Positions 63,612 through 64,000 of a DNA stretch of 64,000 nt are shown piece by piece. The stretch is from Gammaproteobacteria bacterium (GTDB taxonomy: Bacteria; Pseudomonadota; Gammaproteobacteria; Eutrophobiales; Eutrophobiaceae): NCBI GenBank assembly GCA_965222155.1, contig CBDCTH010000012.1, positions 1,664,001 through 1,728,000 on the forward strand. The letters run 5' to 3'. A program made the position numbers and the translations under genes. The notes below the pieces were generated by a model that did not search any database, was not told where the DNA came from, and saw nothing but the letters and a program-made list of their open reading frames with translations. Each line of letters starts with the position of its first letter. Positions within the stretch are counted from its first letter, which is position 1.

Positions 63612-64000
63612 CTTGGGCTGCTCTGGTGGCTACTTCTTATTTTGTCGCTGGTAAGACGTTTGCGTTGAATAAGATTTACCGCAACCAGGACAAACATAAT
63701 GACAGCGACGGTTATTCCGATTGGTCCCCAGCGGGCCGGCTCACCAATTTGTAATGGAAAATCTATCTGGTAGGGTTCTCCATCTGATTCAAACTCGGCA
63801 CGGACAATAAAATCACCGGATTCACGAAATTCAAATCCCTGTCGAAACACATTATCATCCGGGATTTGCACACCCAGGAGTTCTTCCTCTGCATTGAACA
63901 GGCTGTCATTACGGACCTTGAATGCCACTTCTCCCTCAAAAGGTTTGCCATTATCGATACGCGAGGCATATAAATTCACTCTACCCGGCTCATTTGGGTC
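63608..64000 (-). CDS. Hypothetical protein with C-terminal TM, 5' end probably outside the window
   Basis: Open frame runs to the window edge; ATGA overlap with the downstream gene. Confidence 0.65.
   Translation of the reverse strand, partial: DPNEPGRVNLYASRIDNGKPFEGEVAFKVRNDSLFNAEEELLGVQIPDDNVFRQGFEFRESGDFIVRAEFESDGEPYQIDFPLQIGEPARWGPIGITVAVIMFVLVAVNLIQRKRLTSDKIRSSHQSSPR

Overview
Chromosomal window from a gammaproteobacterium, judged from the rRNA sequences and the rrn-tyrS-M23-anmK-erpA-argC-hemJ-thiDE-hemL synteny. (1) 150-8200, minus strand: a complete rRNA operon (16S, tRNA-Ile, tRNA-Ala, 23S, 5S). The 23S gene is interrupted four times: group I introns at E. coli positions 1917 and 1951 flank a 34-nt exon (the Coxiella burnetii arrangement; L1951 carries a LAGLIDADG gene), and two hairpin intervening sequences with near-identical stems sit in helices 9 and 25. 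The leader and spacer hold nine same-orientation copies of a ~126-bp ERIC-like hairpin element, several ending right at mature-RNA 5' boundaries. A tenth copy overlaps the first base of a GntR start codon. (2) 8.7-19.8 kb: housekeeping genes. (3) 20-26.8 kb: non-pyrrolysine MttB / MetV-MetF / MeTr / RACo corrinoid methyl-transfer cluster. (4) 27-28.4 kb: yefM-yoeB and arfB. (5) 28.5-45 kb: multicomponent phenol hydroxylase, XylT-type ferredoxin, catechol 2,3-dioxygenase, an esterase and a meta-cleavage hydrolase, split by a block with a decaying FG-GAP/serralysin/RTX gene. (6) 44.4-59 kb: an unassigned catabolic cluster (molybdenum hydroxylase L/S/M, CoxG, C-N hydrolase, cyclic amidohydrolase, CobW, UbiD, CoxD/E, outer-membrane barrel). 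(7) 59-64 kb: secreted YyaL-like thioredoxin fusion with Fe-S proteins. Many REP/MITE-like palindromes lie between genes. All assignments come from reading motifs by eye; no searches were run.
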